Assembly (NCBI RefSeq): GCF_009914755.1
Contig: NC_060944.1
DNA length: 64,000 bases
Source: the human T2T-CHM13v2.0 reference genome, Homo sapiens
Reading direction: 5' to 3' (one strand)
Shown piece after piece: positions 40,751-55,145 of this stretch (positions are counted from its first letter, which is position 1; each line of letters starts with the position of its first letter). The position numbers and the translations under genes were made by a program. The notes under the pieces were generated by a model. The model saw nothing but the letters and a program-made list of their open reading frames with translations. It was not told the origin of the DNA and did not search any database.

Positions 40751-42707
40751 AGGAAATTTAAATTTAACCAAAGAACAGGAACTTTCTTGAGTACCGACCG
40801 AGAGGCTGGCAGGTAGGACTAAGAAATTAGGTTATGGAGTCAGAATTGAGTTTGCAACCTTATTTTATTTAGGTTTACTCCGATGTTATAACTGACCCTG
40901 ACCAAGTTACTTAGGTCTTTTCATTGCTTTTAAAATCAGAATAATATCTACTTTTAAGGGCCACAATTAAACACAAATTGAGTAATATGTAGTGGGGTGA
41001 GTTATTAATGAATTAAGAGGTATTTGAGAATTTTTTAGAGGAAAGAGGGAGGAGCGTGGCTAGGAACTCTTTAAAATGAGAATTAAAAAGCAAATGTCCT
41101 TTTCATTGTGAGTTCTGGGCTTGCTTGTCCAGGTAGGAATTAAGAGTTCACTTTTCAGATCCCTCGACTACACCTCACAGGAAAGGAGGAGGAGACTTTT
41201 GTGCTTCAGCAGCAAGAGAAGAGGGGCATGGCTTGATTCTGAACACAAGTGTAGAAGTCTGAAAAGCTGGAGGAGGATTACCTGAGTTGCAAGAACCCAG
41301 ACATGGTCCCCTGATGTCACAATCTGAACACATAACATGGCAGCCTCAGGAACTGGAGCCATAGCCAATGTCCTGGCGGCCAAACTTAGTGTGTGGGGCA
41401 CGGACACTACCAGCAAAGGTTCCAGGGCACCTCAGGCCTGGACGACTCCCATCACAGAGGCAACCTGGAGGGACCAAAGACCAGCGATTCTTCTTGGACT
41501 TCCTGTAGTGATAGGGTACGCCACAGTTTTTTGTTTGTTCGTTTGTTTTTAAAGCCTAAAGAGCGGGAGGAAGGGAATGCAACAATGATAGAGCTTGGAT
41601 GAGCCACTAGCCACAATGGTGAAAGATAAGATGTTTTATTAAATTCATCAAAATAGAAGAAACCTGATTATGTCTTGCCCCTGGTGTCATCCAGCAAGTC
41701 CTACATACTGAAAACAGATGTAAATGCTCTGTCCTATAACTAAATGCTATTGGATTTCCTTTTCTTTCAGATGCCGAGCATAAGCAAGTTAATCATTGAT
41801 GATACTGTCTAGGTTCTCCCCAACAGAAGAGCTTCTAATGTCGGATGCCCTACAGGAGTCAACAACATTGCCACGGGCTCTATTTTCCTCCCTGCCATGA
41901 TGGGCAATGGCCAGAGAGGGGTGCACTGTCCTTGCCACCACACTGTACTGCTGCACCCACCTGCCCCAAGCCCTCCCTTGTTCTATCCCACTGTTATACC
42001 TGATGCCAACTCCCTACCTCACAGTTAATTTGTCTCCTACAAGCCTGTGTTTTCCCTCATGTCTTGCTTCTATTTCAGCTAATTCCAGGAAAAAATGTTA
42101 CTTAAACTCACTCAGTTCTAACACATATGAACATTTCCTGCCCTACCTTTTCTCAGACCTTGCATGAAATGTCTTTGTTTCCTCCCTCTATTCTGTAAGT
42201 CAACTAAGAACCTGAAAGGTAAGAGGGCTATTAGCATACATCAGGAAAAATGGGAAAAAAGTAAAATAATAGGTTTTGATAAGAAAATAGAGGCTGACAT
42301 TTTCCTCTACTGAAGGGCGTTTGCTTTACTAATCTTTCTTTTGGTATTTCTCAAAAAAAAAAATCCATTTCATTTTTCTTACCTTAACCCACATATTTAT
42401 CTTTCTTTTTAAAAAAATAACTGCCATTTTGCAATGACCTACAGTTCACTTGGCTTGGCATAGGAAGAAGTGAGGAGCTACAGAGTCAGGCAGAACTAGC
42501 TTTGGTTCCTAGAAAAGATTGCAACATAATCACAGCTGCTTAGTTCTACCCCTATCTTCAGAGATTTATGGCTTCACAGTATAAGGATTGGAAAAGCCTG
42601 CCCGGGCCCTGAAAACTCAGAGGGAGTATCATCCATATGCAAGAAACTTTGAACAGCTTTCAGAAGGTGGAATTCACATGGAAAAGGACAGAAAAGGGCA
42701 TGGGTGG

Positions 42708-43194
42708 TGCAGGGAAGAAAAGATTTCTTTCCTCATCGGTTGCTAGGTTCATGGCTGAGGCACCTAAAACAAAAGACAGATTAACAAGAGAAAAGCATAC
42801 GCATCTATTTAATACATGTTTTACACAACAAGGAAGTCTTCAGAAAAGAAGGCCCAAAGAAAGAGGAAAATCTGATTTTTTTTAATGCTTACATTTGATG
42901 AAGAGTGGACAGTTGTGCCAAAATATAATTGGAAAAAGTGGGGATTGTCTAATGGTGATAAACTGAAGGGAATTTAGCAAGATCTATTTTGTAACGATTC
43001 TTCTCCATCCCCCTGTGTCTTCAGAGATAAGGACGTTCCTCTCCTCTGGGAATAGGAAGGGCACCTCTGGAATAAGGGTCTTAGGACTTTCTTCAGGGGA
43101 GAAGGCTGGGGGAAGGTGAGATATCCTCCTACTTCTGCTGTCTACCCAAATGCCAAGGTGCCATATTTGGGGGTAGCATGTTCTGAACCCCATC
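42708..43194 (-). mobile_element. MER34-family (ERV1) solo LTR
   Basis: Reverse strand starts ggggttcagaacatgctacccccaaatatggcaccttggcat; also aaaagacagattaacaagagaaaagca. Confidence 0.85.
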
Positions 43195-43244
43195 GATTGT
43201 GAAGTCAGTAAATCCATCTTCATTGTAACCCTTTTTAAAATATG

Positions 43245-43777
43245 CATGTATATTAGGGAATAATTTGAACATAACACAAATGTTTGATTATGCCTCATTT
43301 CACAGGAGAGAAAAGCAGGTGACTGGAGAAAACTGCACTCAGATGAACCAACCACGAAGGAATACACAAAATGTATGCACTCATACACCTCAAACATCTG
43401 CTTCCCCACTCAGATTACAGTGTGTGTCAGCCACATCTGGGGTTCCAACTTTCCCTCCCATTTCAGACGATCTTCCATACACCATTTCTCAATAACACAC
43501 AAGTTGGAATCTGATGCCCACTTACACACAGACTGCATCTCTTTCAAAGTAAAGTACCATATTTATTGTAGTATTTATGTATTCCTTAGCTATTTAACAT
43601 GTCTAAAACTGAGCTAAGATTTTTCCTAGGTTCCTATTGTTTGGGTCACTGATAAAGTTTTTAAATATTGTATCCTAACTTCATTCTTCCTATAAGCCCT
43701 GTAATTTTTAGTGTGCAATTTTACATATCGTGGCGATATTTAGGAATGTATAGGTCACATGACATCAGAACTGACTG
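43245..43777 (-). mobile_element. Tigger13a (TcMar-Tigger)
   Basis: tatattagggaataatttgaacataac...gaaaactgcactcag...atatttattgtagtatttatgtatt...cagaactgactg followed by TA. Confidence 0.82.
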
Positions 43778-44049
43778 TATTCGCAAGCGTTGGGTGAGTA
43801 AAGAGGGTAGATATCAACAGAATTGCATGGAAGAGTCAGGGAAGACTACGGCTTCCTATATTCCCGAATACAACCTGCAAGATGCCCAGTAAGGCAGGAT
43901 TGTCCAAAACAAATAAGGAGGAAGGTAAAAATGCACAAAGTCTATGAAGATGTGACAGGTCTTTTTTTTTTTTTTTTTAATTTTACTACTTGATGGATAT
44001 GCCTTCAAAAATGGTAAAAATGTGTATCTTCCTTAGCAGAAGACACACT

Positions 44050-44612
44050 TGTCTATGTAATATCCATCTCTCTCCCCGGCCCTCTTCTTCACTTCTGGCA
44101 AACACTGATTTGCGTGGTATTTACTCTTTAATGTGGCTATGCATTCATCAAAGGAGATCCCCCTTTATCCCATCTCAAGGTTTATTCCACCTCGAGAATA
44201 AATATTGAAGAATCTCAGTCAATCATGATAACTATTTTCTTCACCAGTGATCGGTTAACCTATGGGCATGGGACCTCATTCTTGCCAATGAAATGTGAGC
44301 AGAAATTTACATTGTGCATCTGGGAATATTTGCTTAAGAGATTCTTAGGAAGGGATGTCCCCAGGTCCACAGGAAATGTCTGAGGGCATGGCAGCTATCT
44401 TCTGACCAAGAGGACGGCCAGCCTAAAGACAAAGCCCACACACTGGGGTTGACAGAGCAGAAAAACCTGAGTCAATCATGATGTTTTTAAAATAATGAAT
44501 TAAGCAATTCCGCAGCTTAGGATATGATTGGATACCTTGTTATATGATGTGACACATTTTCCATATGGTATAAGTCATTTTGAGTTGGCTTTGTTACTTA
44601 GAGCTGATTATT
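44050..44612 (+). mobile_element. Old MLT1 (K/L-like) LTR
   Basis: gggcatgggacctcattcttgccaatgaaatgtgagcagaa...taagtcattttgagttggctttgttactta. Confidence 0.6.
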
Positions 44613-44899
44613 TTACTATTTGTTTAGCAATACTACTTTCAGAAGAATCAAAACTATGAGCAAAGAGTGACATAAAGGGGAATTCATTGAATCATTTTTT
44701 GTTCGGTGCAATAATGAACAACTAGAAAAAACTAAATACCCAAGATGAGGGAGCTGGCTAAATAGATTGAGCCCATTTTACAGAATCCTCTGAAACCATT
44801 AAAATGAAGGTGATATAAATGTAATATACATTGATATTGAGAAATGTTCAAAATGTTCTTGCCCCTCTTGCTCATTTAAGTCATTTGTCACAGTATTAA

Positions 44900-47121
44900 C
44901 TCTGCTGAAGCCCATATTTTCTGTCTACTCCGAGTCTGCTGGACAAGTGTGAGGAAAGCAGTGACCCATGCTAACTGGTCTCGTCGTAACTCCTGTCTGC
45001 TAACCTCAAGTGCTCCCTTGGTATTTCCTGGTGATCCTTTACATTTCCCCATTTCAGTCTCATTTTCAGACTCCCACACTGTTTCCTACTTTATGGAGTC
45101 TCTTCAAACCTCCAACACCTCCACGCTCTCCTCACTCTTAGCTGATAACCCTGCTTCCTGTTTCATAGAGAAAATGGAAGTTCCATGGTGAGAACACGGC
45201 ACATGTCAGCTTAACTGACCCATCCCCATACATTCTGTCTTCCCTCCTTTTTCTACAGCAGAAGGACCTATGCCGCATCTAAGACCAACTCTTCTATGTG
45301 TGAGTGAGACCCCCTGTGCTCTCATTTACCAAACGTCATCCCAAGAGCAGTGTCCATCCTCTTTGGGGCTTTTTCCCTTTCCATTGGATCATTTCCCTTT
45401 AGTTCTAATATTTCTCAAATTTTATAAAATACCAACAACTCCCCACCTTTTGATCAGAGAACATCTTCAGGTACTGTCTCCTGTCTCTGCCTTCTTTGTA
45501 TCTTTCTATACAATTCCTCTCCTGCTGCTCTCCCTTGGGCCTGTGTAATCAGATTTCAGTACCCACAATTCTTTATAAATTGCTAATGTTAACTCACCAA
45601 TGACCTCTCTGTTGCTGCATCTAATGGTCAATTCTCAGTCCTTATTTTACCTGAACTACCAACAGCATTTGACACAGTGGATCACCTTCTCCTTTTGTTC
45701 TTTTTTTATTACTTGGCTTCCTGGACCCTGCCCTCATTTTTCTTCTTACTTCATTGGCTGATACTTCTGTCTCATTTGATGATTCTGCCTCAAATTTTCC
45801 ACCTTAAAAATCCAAGGGTCCCAAAGCTTAGCACTAGAATCTCCCTATTCTACCTACACTGAGACCCTTTCACCTCCTCCAGCTTTACGTCTGCAAAGCT
45901 CGTGCATAGGCTGACTCCCCTGCTAACATCTCCGTCCTCTACTTCTCCCCTGAACTCCAGACTGGCATATCTGTCTACTTGATATCTCACCCAAAATATC
46001 CAACAGGAATCCATCTGAAACTTAACAGATGCCAAACCTAAATCCCAATCTTTCTCTGAAACCTGCTCATTCCAGTGTCTTTCCTATCTCAGTTAATAGC
46101 AACTCCATCCTTCCATTTGCTCAGTCTAAAATACCTGGGGTCATTTTTGATTCCTCTCTTTCTTTCACATCCCAAACCTACTTTGCTACCAAATTCCATT
46201 GGCTTTATCTTAAAACTACATCTAGAATTCTACTACTTCTCATCACTCCCTCCTACTTTGGTCTGAGCCTCCACCATCTCTCACCTGCATTATTAAAATG
46301 CCTGCTCAGCAGCCTCTCTACTTCTATCCTTGCCTTCCTTTAGCTTGTTGTCAGCAGAGCAGACAACATGATCCATTTAAACAAAAGGCCAAATTAGTTT
46401 CTTCCACTCTTTCCCTTACTCACTCTATTCCAACCACACTGGCTTGGAACACGCTAACCAGTCTCTCCCGTGAGGCCCTTTGCACTTTCTTTTTTGTTTG
46501 AGACGCAGTCTTGCTCTGTTGCTTAGGCTATAGTGCAGTGGTGTGATCCCAGCTCACTGCAACCTCTGCCTCCCGGGTTCAAGTGATTCTCCTGCCTCAG
46601 CCTCCTGAGTAGCTGGGATTACAGGCACCCAACACCATGCTCAGCTAATTTTTGCATTTTTAGTAGAGACGGGGTTTCACCACGTTGGCCAGGCTGGAAC
46701 TCCTGACCTCATGGTTATCTGCCCACCTTGGCCCCCCAAAGTGCTGGGACTATAGGCGTGAGCCACTGAGCCCGGTCACTTTGCACTTTCTGTTCTCACT
46801 GCCTGGAACAGCCTTCCTCCAGACAGAAATTTGCCTTCCCTCAGGTCTCTGTTCAAATGCCACCTTTAAAGCCAGGTCTTTCATTGAAAATAAAATGTCC
46901 CTCCCACACAGGTGGCCAGTACACCCTGTCCCCATTATCCTGCTTTTTTTTCCCTGACAGCATTATTGCCGTCTGATTTACTATATATTCATTTACTATC
47001 TGTCGCACTCAACTAGAACATAAGCTCCAGTGAGATGGTGTCAGTTTTCCCACTGTCATTTCAGTGCCTGGAAAAATGCTAGACCTACGATGCGTATTCA
47101 TGTGTTTGGTGAATAAATGAA
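44900..47121 (+). mobile_element. L2 (L2a-like), ~2 kb with RT remnants, interrupted by an Alu
   Basis: cagcatttgacacagtggatcac (AFDTVDH) and GVIFDSSLSF in ORF 46029..46343; 3' end gtgcctgg...gaataaatgaa. Confidence 0.88.
46491..46777 (-). mobile_element. AluS, full length
   Basis: Dimeric Alu; TSD ctttgcactttct. Confidence 0.95.
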
Positions 47122-47216
47122 AATATTGCGTTAATTAAAATGCACACAGGTTATAAACAATTTTTTGTTTTTGTGAAACAAATCTCTAGGAAAGCCAATA
47201 GTTACTGGATATGTAA

Positions 47217-47831
47217 TTTTTTTGTCAACTTTTATTTTGGAGTCAGGGGTACATGTGCCAGTTTGTTACAAAGGTATACTGCGTGATGCTGAGGGTTGGA
47301 TACCAATGAATCTGTCACCCAGGTAGTGAGTGTAGTACCCAATAGGTAGTTTTTCAGCCCTTGCTACCACCCTCCATTCTCCCTTCCCCTCTAGAAATTC
47401 CCAGTGTCTTTGTTCCCATCTTTATGTCCATGTGTACTCAATGTTTAGCTCCCATTTATAAGTGAGAACATTTTCTGTTTCTGTGTTAGTTTAAGTTAAC
47501 GGCTTTCAGTTGCATCCATGTTGTGACAAAGCACATGATTTCATTTCTTTTTCGGGTCTGCATAATATTCCAGGGTGTATATGTAACACATTGCTTTATT
47601 TGATCCTCCATTAATGAGCACCTGGGTTGATTCCAGGTCTTTGCTATTGTGACTAGTGCTGTGATGAACATACATCACAGGTGTCTTTTTGGCAGAATGA
47701 TTTATTTTCCTTTGAGTATATACCCAGTAATGGGATTGCTGGGTCAAATGGTAGTTCAACTCTTGGTTCTTTGAGAAATCTCCAAACTGCTCTCCACAGT
47801 GGCTGGACTAATTTTAATTTCCACTAACAGT
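47217..47831 (-). mobile_element. Older L1PA/L1PB 3' fragment
   Basis: caacttttatttt...ggtacatgtg...; ORF remnant FITALVTIAKTWNQPRC. Confidence 0.9.
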
Positions 47832-48669
47832 AGACACTTACTTTGTACCAGTCATTTTCTTGGGCAATTTCTTATGTCATCAAAATCATAACTATTCAAA
47901 GAAATAGGCACCTAGTATCTCCACTGTAAATTTGAGGAAACTGAGGCTTGAAAAATGTAGTTAACATACTTTGTATTAAATAACTAGAAAGTAGCAGAGG
48001 TAGTATCTGGTTTGATGATCTATTGTCTGTGGTATACTACCTCAAGGTATGTGTGTCTGTTCCACAAAAAAAATTGTAAAAAAAAATACATACATGAGAG
48101 GATCATTCCTTAATAAAACAATAGATTAAAAGGAATAACCAATAGATGTGTACAAATCTGATTAAACTAATGGTTAATAAAATGAAATAAATTAAAATGG
48201 TATGGGTTTTTTTCTATTCTATTGGCAAAAATATCAAGCAGCAGTAGCCATAATGTATTAACAAAATAATCATTTACATGTGGGAAGATTTATGTGCAAG
48301 GATTTTCATTACAGCATTGAGCATAACAGCCAAAAATTATCTAAAAACAGGAGCAGGTTAAATAAAGTATGTACATCTCAAAGATGGAGTACTATATCGT
48401 CATTAAATGATGCAAAATATTATTTGAGATGTGAAAATGATGAGTGTATTATTTCATGAAATATGCAGGCTACAAAATAGCATGTATATCAGAATTCAAA
48501 TGGCGCATCGACAAGAACAAAATCTCTTTGTATATGTCTTGATCTGAATATTAAAATTCTGGAAGGAAGTCATCTTTAATAACAATAATTACCTCCTCAC
48601 AGAGACTCTATGTGTAATAATTTTCCATTTTAAATTTATGTATTTTTTAATTTAAAAAAACATAGGGCT

Positions 48670-49200
48670 GAATCAGGTATCTATTGGTACTCCAACATTT
48701 AGTGGCTTAAAACAACAATAATTGATTATTTCTTATAGTTTTCTGAGTTAGCAACCTGAGCTGTTCTGCTAGAACTGCTCGATGTCATTCAAGTAGCCAT
48801 AGTCATCTAAGCTCAGCTGAGGCTGCATGTTCCAAGATGGCCTCACTCATACAACTGGCAGTTGGTCCTGACTGTTGGTTAGGACACTGATTCTCTTCAT
48901 TTAATTTCTCATTTTCCAGGAGACCAGACTGAGTTTCTTCACAGAAAGGTGGCCCCAGACACTGGGAGGGCAAGAGCAAACATTCCTAGTCAGTCAAGGC
49001 ATTTGAAAACCTCATTTCTAGACTTGCACATCATCACTTCTACCACTTTCTATTAGTCAAAAAGATTCACAGTCAGTGTGGATTTAAGGGGCTGGAGACT
49101 TAGGCTCCGCCTCTTGCTGAGAAGAGTGGCAATGTCACATTGCAAAGGGGCATGGGCATGGGCATAGGGATGTATGATTCACTGAGAACCATTACTATAA
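48670..49200 (-). mobile_element. Old MLT1 LTR
   Basis: agtggcttaaaacaacaa...tccaagatggcctcactca...catcacttctaccactttctattagtcaaa. Confidence 0.72.
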
Positions 49201-50229
49201 CACTTTATGCATTGTAACAGATTATCTATCACAAAGGTCATCCTTCGGCGGTAGGAACTATGGCACCCTCAGAGTTTATCACCTATGTAACCATAGCTTT
49301 AAGCTTGGGCAGCAATATGAGAAGCCACCCTTAGTGCCAAGGCAGGGGAGGAGAAAATGGCAGTGCAAACCAAGAAGTCTAAATAACAGTTCAGAAATAG
49401 CACCAGAATCACCTGGGATGGGGAGCTTTAAAAATACACTTACTCCTAGAGCCCACAGAGGATTCTGATTTCAATGGGATAGGCCTGGGGTTGGACTAAT
49501 AACTCTTTTGGTAAATCCCTCCCAGGTAATCCAGATGCTTAACCTGGTTTTGAAATCTTTGCACTAAACACAGGATATCCTGAGGGCTCAGACTCATTTT
49601 GAGGAATACTGGAGAGAGGCTCCTTTTTTCCTAGCAGCCAAATTGTTTTGAGACTATTGCTGTGACCTGGAGACATGAGATATATTTACTGACTCATCTT
49701 GCACAAGTACTACAACAATGTGGGTTAAATACAATTCTCTAGATTCTAGCCACCATTTACATCACTTTTCACCCGGAAGAATGTATTGTGTCTTTCAAAT
49801 ATCTGACTTATAAGATGACTTTTGCAATATCATCTTTTGTAAATTGAGGGTGGCCTGTAACTTGGTTGCCTTAGCAACAAATTGGACTGAATGTTAACAG
49901 TTGAGTCCAGATGTTCATTCCAGGCAGACAAGAAAACACAGCCTGGTCCACTTTGAAATGCACTCATCAGTACTGCCCACATCAGTGTTTGACATGGTTC
50001 TCAGATGCCTCATGTTGTCTTTAACCCAACTCGGAGCCATGGGCATTACCCGTGCCAGATTACATTTTTTCTTTTTACTAAAGAGACAGCAATGTGGAGT
50101 AAAACTGATCATTATTTTTAAGGCAAAACTATTCCAGTGTCTAATTCAGGGACATCATTTAAAAAATCATATGGGACTTCCATATGACTTTTTTTTCATA
50201 GCAAGCATGACCCTAGACAAGCACAGTTG

Positions 50230-51030
50230 ATTGGTTGATTCAACTATTTTGATAATTTTTATTAAGAAGCCATATTTTGCTAGGTCCTATGCTATGTCCT
50301 AGGGAGATGAGTCTGTTATAATTTCTTCCCTTGAGGAGTTCAAGCCTAGAGAGGAGATGGTATTTAAATGACTTCTACATTTGTGAGCAAGGGCAAACAA
50401 AGATATATGCGAAACTGGGGAGTCCAGGGGACAACAGAACTATCTGTCTCTGAGTAGGTCAGGAAAGACACCACCAAGAAGCCACATCTTGCTGGATAAG
50501 GTGGACTGTGCAGGGCAGAGAGAGTATGAAGGAACATCCCTGCAAGAGGAATTGTCTTTGCAAAGGTGAGAACTGGAAGCTCATGGTGTATTGAGGGAAT
50601 ACCAAGCACGCTTGCATGTTCAGGAAAAAGAAGAGAAAGGAAAGGTCTTGTTGGTCACACTAAGTCCTCAGGCTTTAGAGAATGGAGTTATGGAGGGAAT
50701 TAGAGCAGGTAGTGTGACATGATCAAATGCACATCTTGGAAAGTTGGTAGCAACCTTGAGGACGAGTTAAAGAAAGACAGTGAAACAGTGTGGGAGTAAT
50801 TCTACAGTAGGGATAAGGGATCGGGTTTTTAACAGATGAAGCTATACTGGGAAGGAAGGAAGGAAGGAGGATTTAGTGGCCAGATGTGGGTTTCGGGAGG
50901 AGGGTGGAGCCGAGGACCCCCTAGGTTTCTGGCTTGGGGGTGTTGGGTCTACTTTTTAACCAGGACAGGAACACAGGAGCAGGGACAGTTTTGATAAGCA
51001 GATAGGTTGACGCAGATTTCAATTTGGAGT
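50230..51030 (-). mobile_element. L2 3' fragment
   Basis: cccttgaggagttcaagccta...gtcaggaaagac...gtgacatgatcaaatgcacatctt...taggtttctggcttgg. Confidence 0.7.
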
Positions 51031-51052
51031 AACTAAAAAATGTCAAAACAGT

Positions 51053-51054
51053 AA

Positions 51055-51097
<43 letters not shown>

Positions 51098-51098
51098 A
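51053..51098. repeat. (TAAA)n microsatellite, about 11 units
   Basis: Directly visible. Confidence 0.97.
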
Positions 51099-51797
51099 CA
51101 AACCTTTATTTAAAAAAGTCTCTATCGGGATGGACATCTTAACGCATTACAGGTTTAATGTCTCCGAAGCTTACTGATTTATCCCCCTTTTCCCTCACTC
51201 TCCACCATCTCTTCTGAATATTCCCTGACAAGATAATATGCAAGGAAAGTTCTGCCAACTCAAGACAATGTTTAACGTAAACCTTGGCAGGGGTTACGGA
51301 GTTAGGTAGTGGAAAAAGTGTTAATAATGATAATAATAATATTTATATCATATTCCATAGCCTTCAAACTGCTTCTACCTAATTATTTTACAGTAATAAT
51401 GTCTGTAAGGAAAATACAAGCATTATTTTTTAATCAGCACTTTGCAGAACAGGAAACACACACATACACACACACGAAAGGCAGCCATAGAGCACTGAAG
51501 AACAAGTGAACAGAGAGCCGGAGGTGGATTCAAACACCTTCTCTGCAGCTGATGAACCCAATGTGAACTTAGACATTGTTCTCTCCGAGCCCCAATCCCC
51601 TCCTTTAGGAAATGGGGTTAGCAGAGAGGATGGCATGTTGCAATGGATGTGCCCAGTACAGGCTTAACCAAAGGATGTTAAATCCCCAGGCATCATCTCT
51701 GTCACTGCCAGCCCGATCACCAGCCAAGTGGAGAAGACAGATCACTGGAACAAGCCTAAGCCGTTGAAACTGATTGCCACAGTGTTACATTGTAAGA

Positions 51798-52274
51798 TGT
51801 TATCTTAAATATTTTGTAACTGCTGCTTTGCTGGGGAAGCAGGGTGTCTTGGTTTTCCAGAGCTTTCTCTCTACCCTACTGGTCACAGCTGGTGGACATC
51901 TGTCCTGTCCTGGGACAATCAGACCCTTAGTGGTGGGAATTTGAAATTGGTTCGCTCTGATTCTAATCAGGCTAAGAACTGTTAGGTGGTCTACAATGGC
52001 ACATTCTGCCAGGTGAAGGAGGGGAGCAGAGAATAGAGAAAAGTGAATGAAGCAAGTTTGCAGAGAGAGCACAGAGGTGTGGGAGATGGGGAGAGAAGGA
52101 CAGAGACTCAGAGCCAGCCACTGCCTCAGTTTCTGTTGTGGGTTTTGGTTCCCCAAAACATCCCTGACTTGAGATTTGTGTTAGCCTTATATCTTTCCAG
52201 CAAATTGTCCTCTTGATTAAGCCAGGTGGAGTGGGTTTCTGTTATTTGTAACCAACCAAGCCTGTGCTAAAACA
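51798..52274 (+). mobile_element. LTR33-like (ERVL) solo LTR
   Basis: 3' end ttaagccaggtggagtgggtttctgttatttgtaaccaaccaagcctgtgctaaaaca. Confidence 0.62.
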
Positions 52275-52744
52275 GATGAGGGCCTATTTTCAGATAATTG
52301 GGCCCAAGAGGCTGGAGGCGAGCATGCAACCAACACATTTGTGAAAAATGCAAAGAAATTTATATGATCATTCTCAGAAAGATGCCCTGTTTGCTCAGGG
52401 AGGATAGTGCAGTTAAAAAAAAAAAAAAAAAAAAAAAAAGGAAAAGTCAGCGACAGCTAAAGACTTCAGTATTGAGCCAGTTCTGAAAGGCATTGAGACT
52501 GACCCAATGACCCACATCCAATAATATGCGGCATTTACAAGACAGAGAGGGAGGCGGTGGTGTGGGCACACAAGAGGAAAGGGGACTCAACAGTCTGGCT
52601 TCCAACAAAGAAAAAGCGATAATAATGCTTGGTGTGGATTGTAAGGCATTTAATCTGGAGGAACTTGCAGGATTTGTGAAAACATCTGCTGCTACTCATG
52701 CCGCTTTGTGTTTTGCTCTCTCAGGGGGACTGTGGTTTGGGGGG

Positions 52745-52828
52745 GTGTGTGTGTGCATGTGTATGTGCATGTGTGTGTGTGTGTATACACATGCGTGTGC
52801 TTGTATATGTTCATGCATGAGCATGTGG
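52745..52828. repeat. Imperfect (TG)n / alternating purine-pyrimidine tract
   Basis: Directly visible. Confidence 0.9.
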
Positions 52829-54009
52829 GTATTACAAGGACCACTATAACATCTGATTCTGTGAATTGTTAAAATATACAGCTGTCATATATAAAAATGG
52901 CACAGTTTTAAGAAGGCAATCATTATTTAATTATTCTCAATGCAATACTTACGGTAGAGAATGTAGATAATACATAAAAGAAAACAAAAAGTCTTAGTCT
53001 GATTACCCAAGAAATCTTAATACTTTCATGTGTTACCTCCCCCCTTTTCTTTTTCCTACTCATTTTTACATAGTTTCAGTCATTCTAGGTATACGATTTT
53101 TGCATTTTGCATATATTGCTTATATTATTTCGTAAACTTGCATCCTTGATTATTGAACATCCTTATCAACATTTTTAATGACTCTAATATTCCATGGTAT
53201 GCAAATACCATCATTTACCTAAACATTTCTCTATTTGTTCATATTCCAATAGATTTTTCTTCACAATTATAAATGATACCACAATGACTAGCTTTGTGAG
53301 CACAAGTGTTTTTTTAACCCTATGTTGGACTTGTACTGTTAAGCATATCACAGATAAACAGATACCTTCCTCAAGTGCATCAAATAGTTACTACTACTAC
53401 CTACATATGAAGACAAGGTGACAGGTTGTGTGGATGAGCTTTTTAAAGTATGTGGGATTTAAAATCTGACCTCATGGTTACATTTCAATATTGGATAAAT
53501 GAATCCCTTTCTGCTTTGAAGACTTTCAGTCTTCAATTGCTCCCTTTAAAATGCAAGCATCATAATACCTTGGGCAACAGGGACCAAAACCCTCTTCAAT
53601 GACCAGATCTGTAGACAAAGTCCTGTAGAAAAGTGCAGGGACTTGGACCTGTGGGTCTCTGCTTTCTCACCTCCACTCTTCTTCTCCACCACATTCGCTC
53701 ACAGTAGTGATGGTTCTGACTTTCTAATCTGGCCCTATCCAAACCTGCCTGGTTGGTACAGGTGACCTATTCTCACTACTCGATGGCTTATCCTGCTGCC
53801 TTTTGTACTTAGAAAAATACTGGGCTCTTTTCTCCTCATTCTATGGGAGTCTACCTCCTCACCCCTCTAGGCCCTCTGGGATTTTGACCCCATTTCCAAC
53901 AAAAGCTCCAGTTCTTCAAACTCAGAACTTCATTCTGATCTCCAGATCAACAGAAGCCCTGGACTCAGCTGAGCTTCTTCCACATTCAAATTCAGACCCG
54001 TTCACCCAA

Positions 54010-54420
54010 GAACAAGATATGGTTGAGACTGGCTAGATATTCACCAAAGCTAATTCTTCTCCTGGGCACACAGTTGGACAAAGCTTTGCATGTAGCTGTG
54101 GTCATATGTTTGAGTTCTCACCAATGAAAAAGAGGTGGAAGTTACTATACCACTTCTAGGCTTGATTCATGAGATCCTGTGTGGAATCCATCACTCTCCT
54201 TTCCCTGGTCAGCCATCCAGACCCTGCAGGGGACTTGAATGCCTTAGGGGATGATGAAGACACCAAATAAAAAGAGCCTGGGTGCTTGAATGACTGAGTA
54301 AAGATCTCACCTCCACACACCCTCCAACATTCATTCAACCATCATTCTTAAACAAAAATTATGGTTTTCTGGTCATTATTTCCATTTTTTGCCTGTGCCA
54401 GATCATCTATTCTTACAGCA
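54010..54420 (+). mobile_element. MLT1J-type LTR
   Basis: cttctcctgggcacacag...gtggtcatatgtttgagttctcaccaatgaaa...aagagcctgggtgcttgaatgact. Confidence 0.7.
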
Positions 54421-54898
54421 TCAAATAGAAAAATTTGACTACAGGGCACTTAGAGAATGTGATGTGGTGGAAAGAGGCCAGATTCATCAAATTCAAGCTG
54501 TATGACTTTAGACAAGGCCATTCTGCTCTCTTGGCCTCAGCTTCCCCATTAGTAAAATCAAGAGGCTAGTCTACATTGCACATAAGAATTCTCCTAACCC
54601 TAACATTGTATGGATTTGACAAATTACAAGAAAATTTCAAATGTAAGGAACTAAATATGACTGCTATGTCTTATAATTTTCAAAATGTCAATTGAAATTC
54701 CCAATATCAATTGAAAATCCCAATTGAATAGACATCTTGAAAAACGTAACAGTCATAAACAACACAAAAGCCAAAGATATAAAACAAAATTGGATAAAAA
54801 CAACTGAAGTATGAGATTTTATTTTTTCCAGTAGTGAGATTAATTTTTTGTCATGACAGATAAATGAGACAAAAGTAAGCATGTGAATAGAGGGCCAA

Positions 54899-54903
<5 letters not shown>

Positions 54904-54959
<56 letters not shown>
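54904..54959. repeat. (TA)23(CA)5 microsatellite
   Basis: Counted from the sequence. Confidence 0.97.
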
Positions 54960-55145
54960 AATATATAACATATCATATAGCACCATTATGCACTAAAAGA
55001 ACTTGAAGTCCTATGAATGTACAGTCTTTATGTCCTTAGATATAAATATAAATATATGTAAATTTATATATACAAATTGTTCATTTGGCTAAAAAGAAAT
55101 CATCATACATTCTGTTATACAAGTGATTTCGCAGGCCACATTTCT

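Noticed and set aside
41130-41520. GC-richer block with several short overlapping ORFs
   Set aside because: No domain similarity or splice structure; probably an old LTR-like relic that I could not name.
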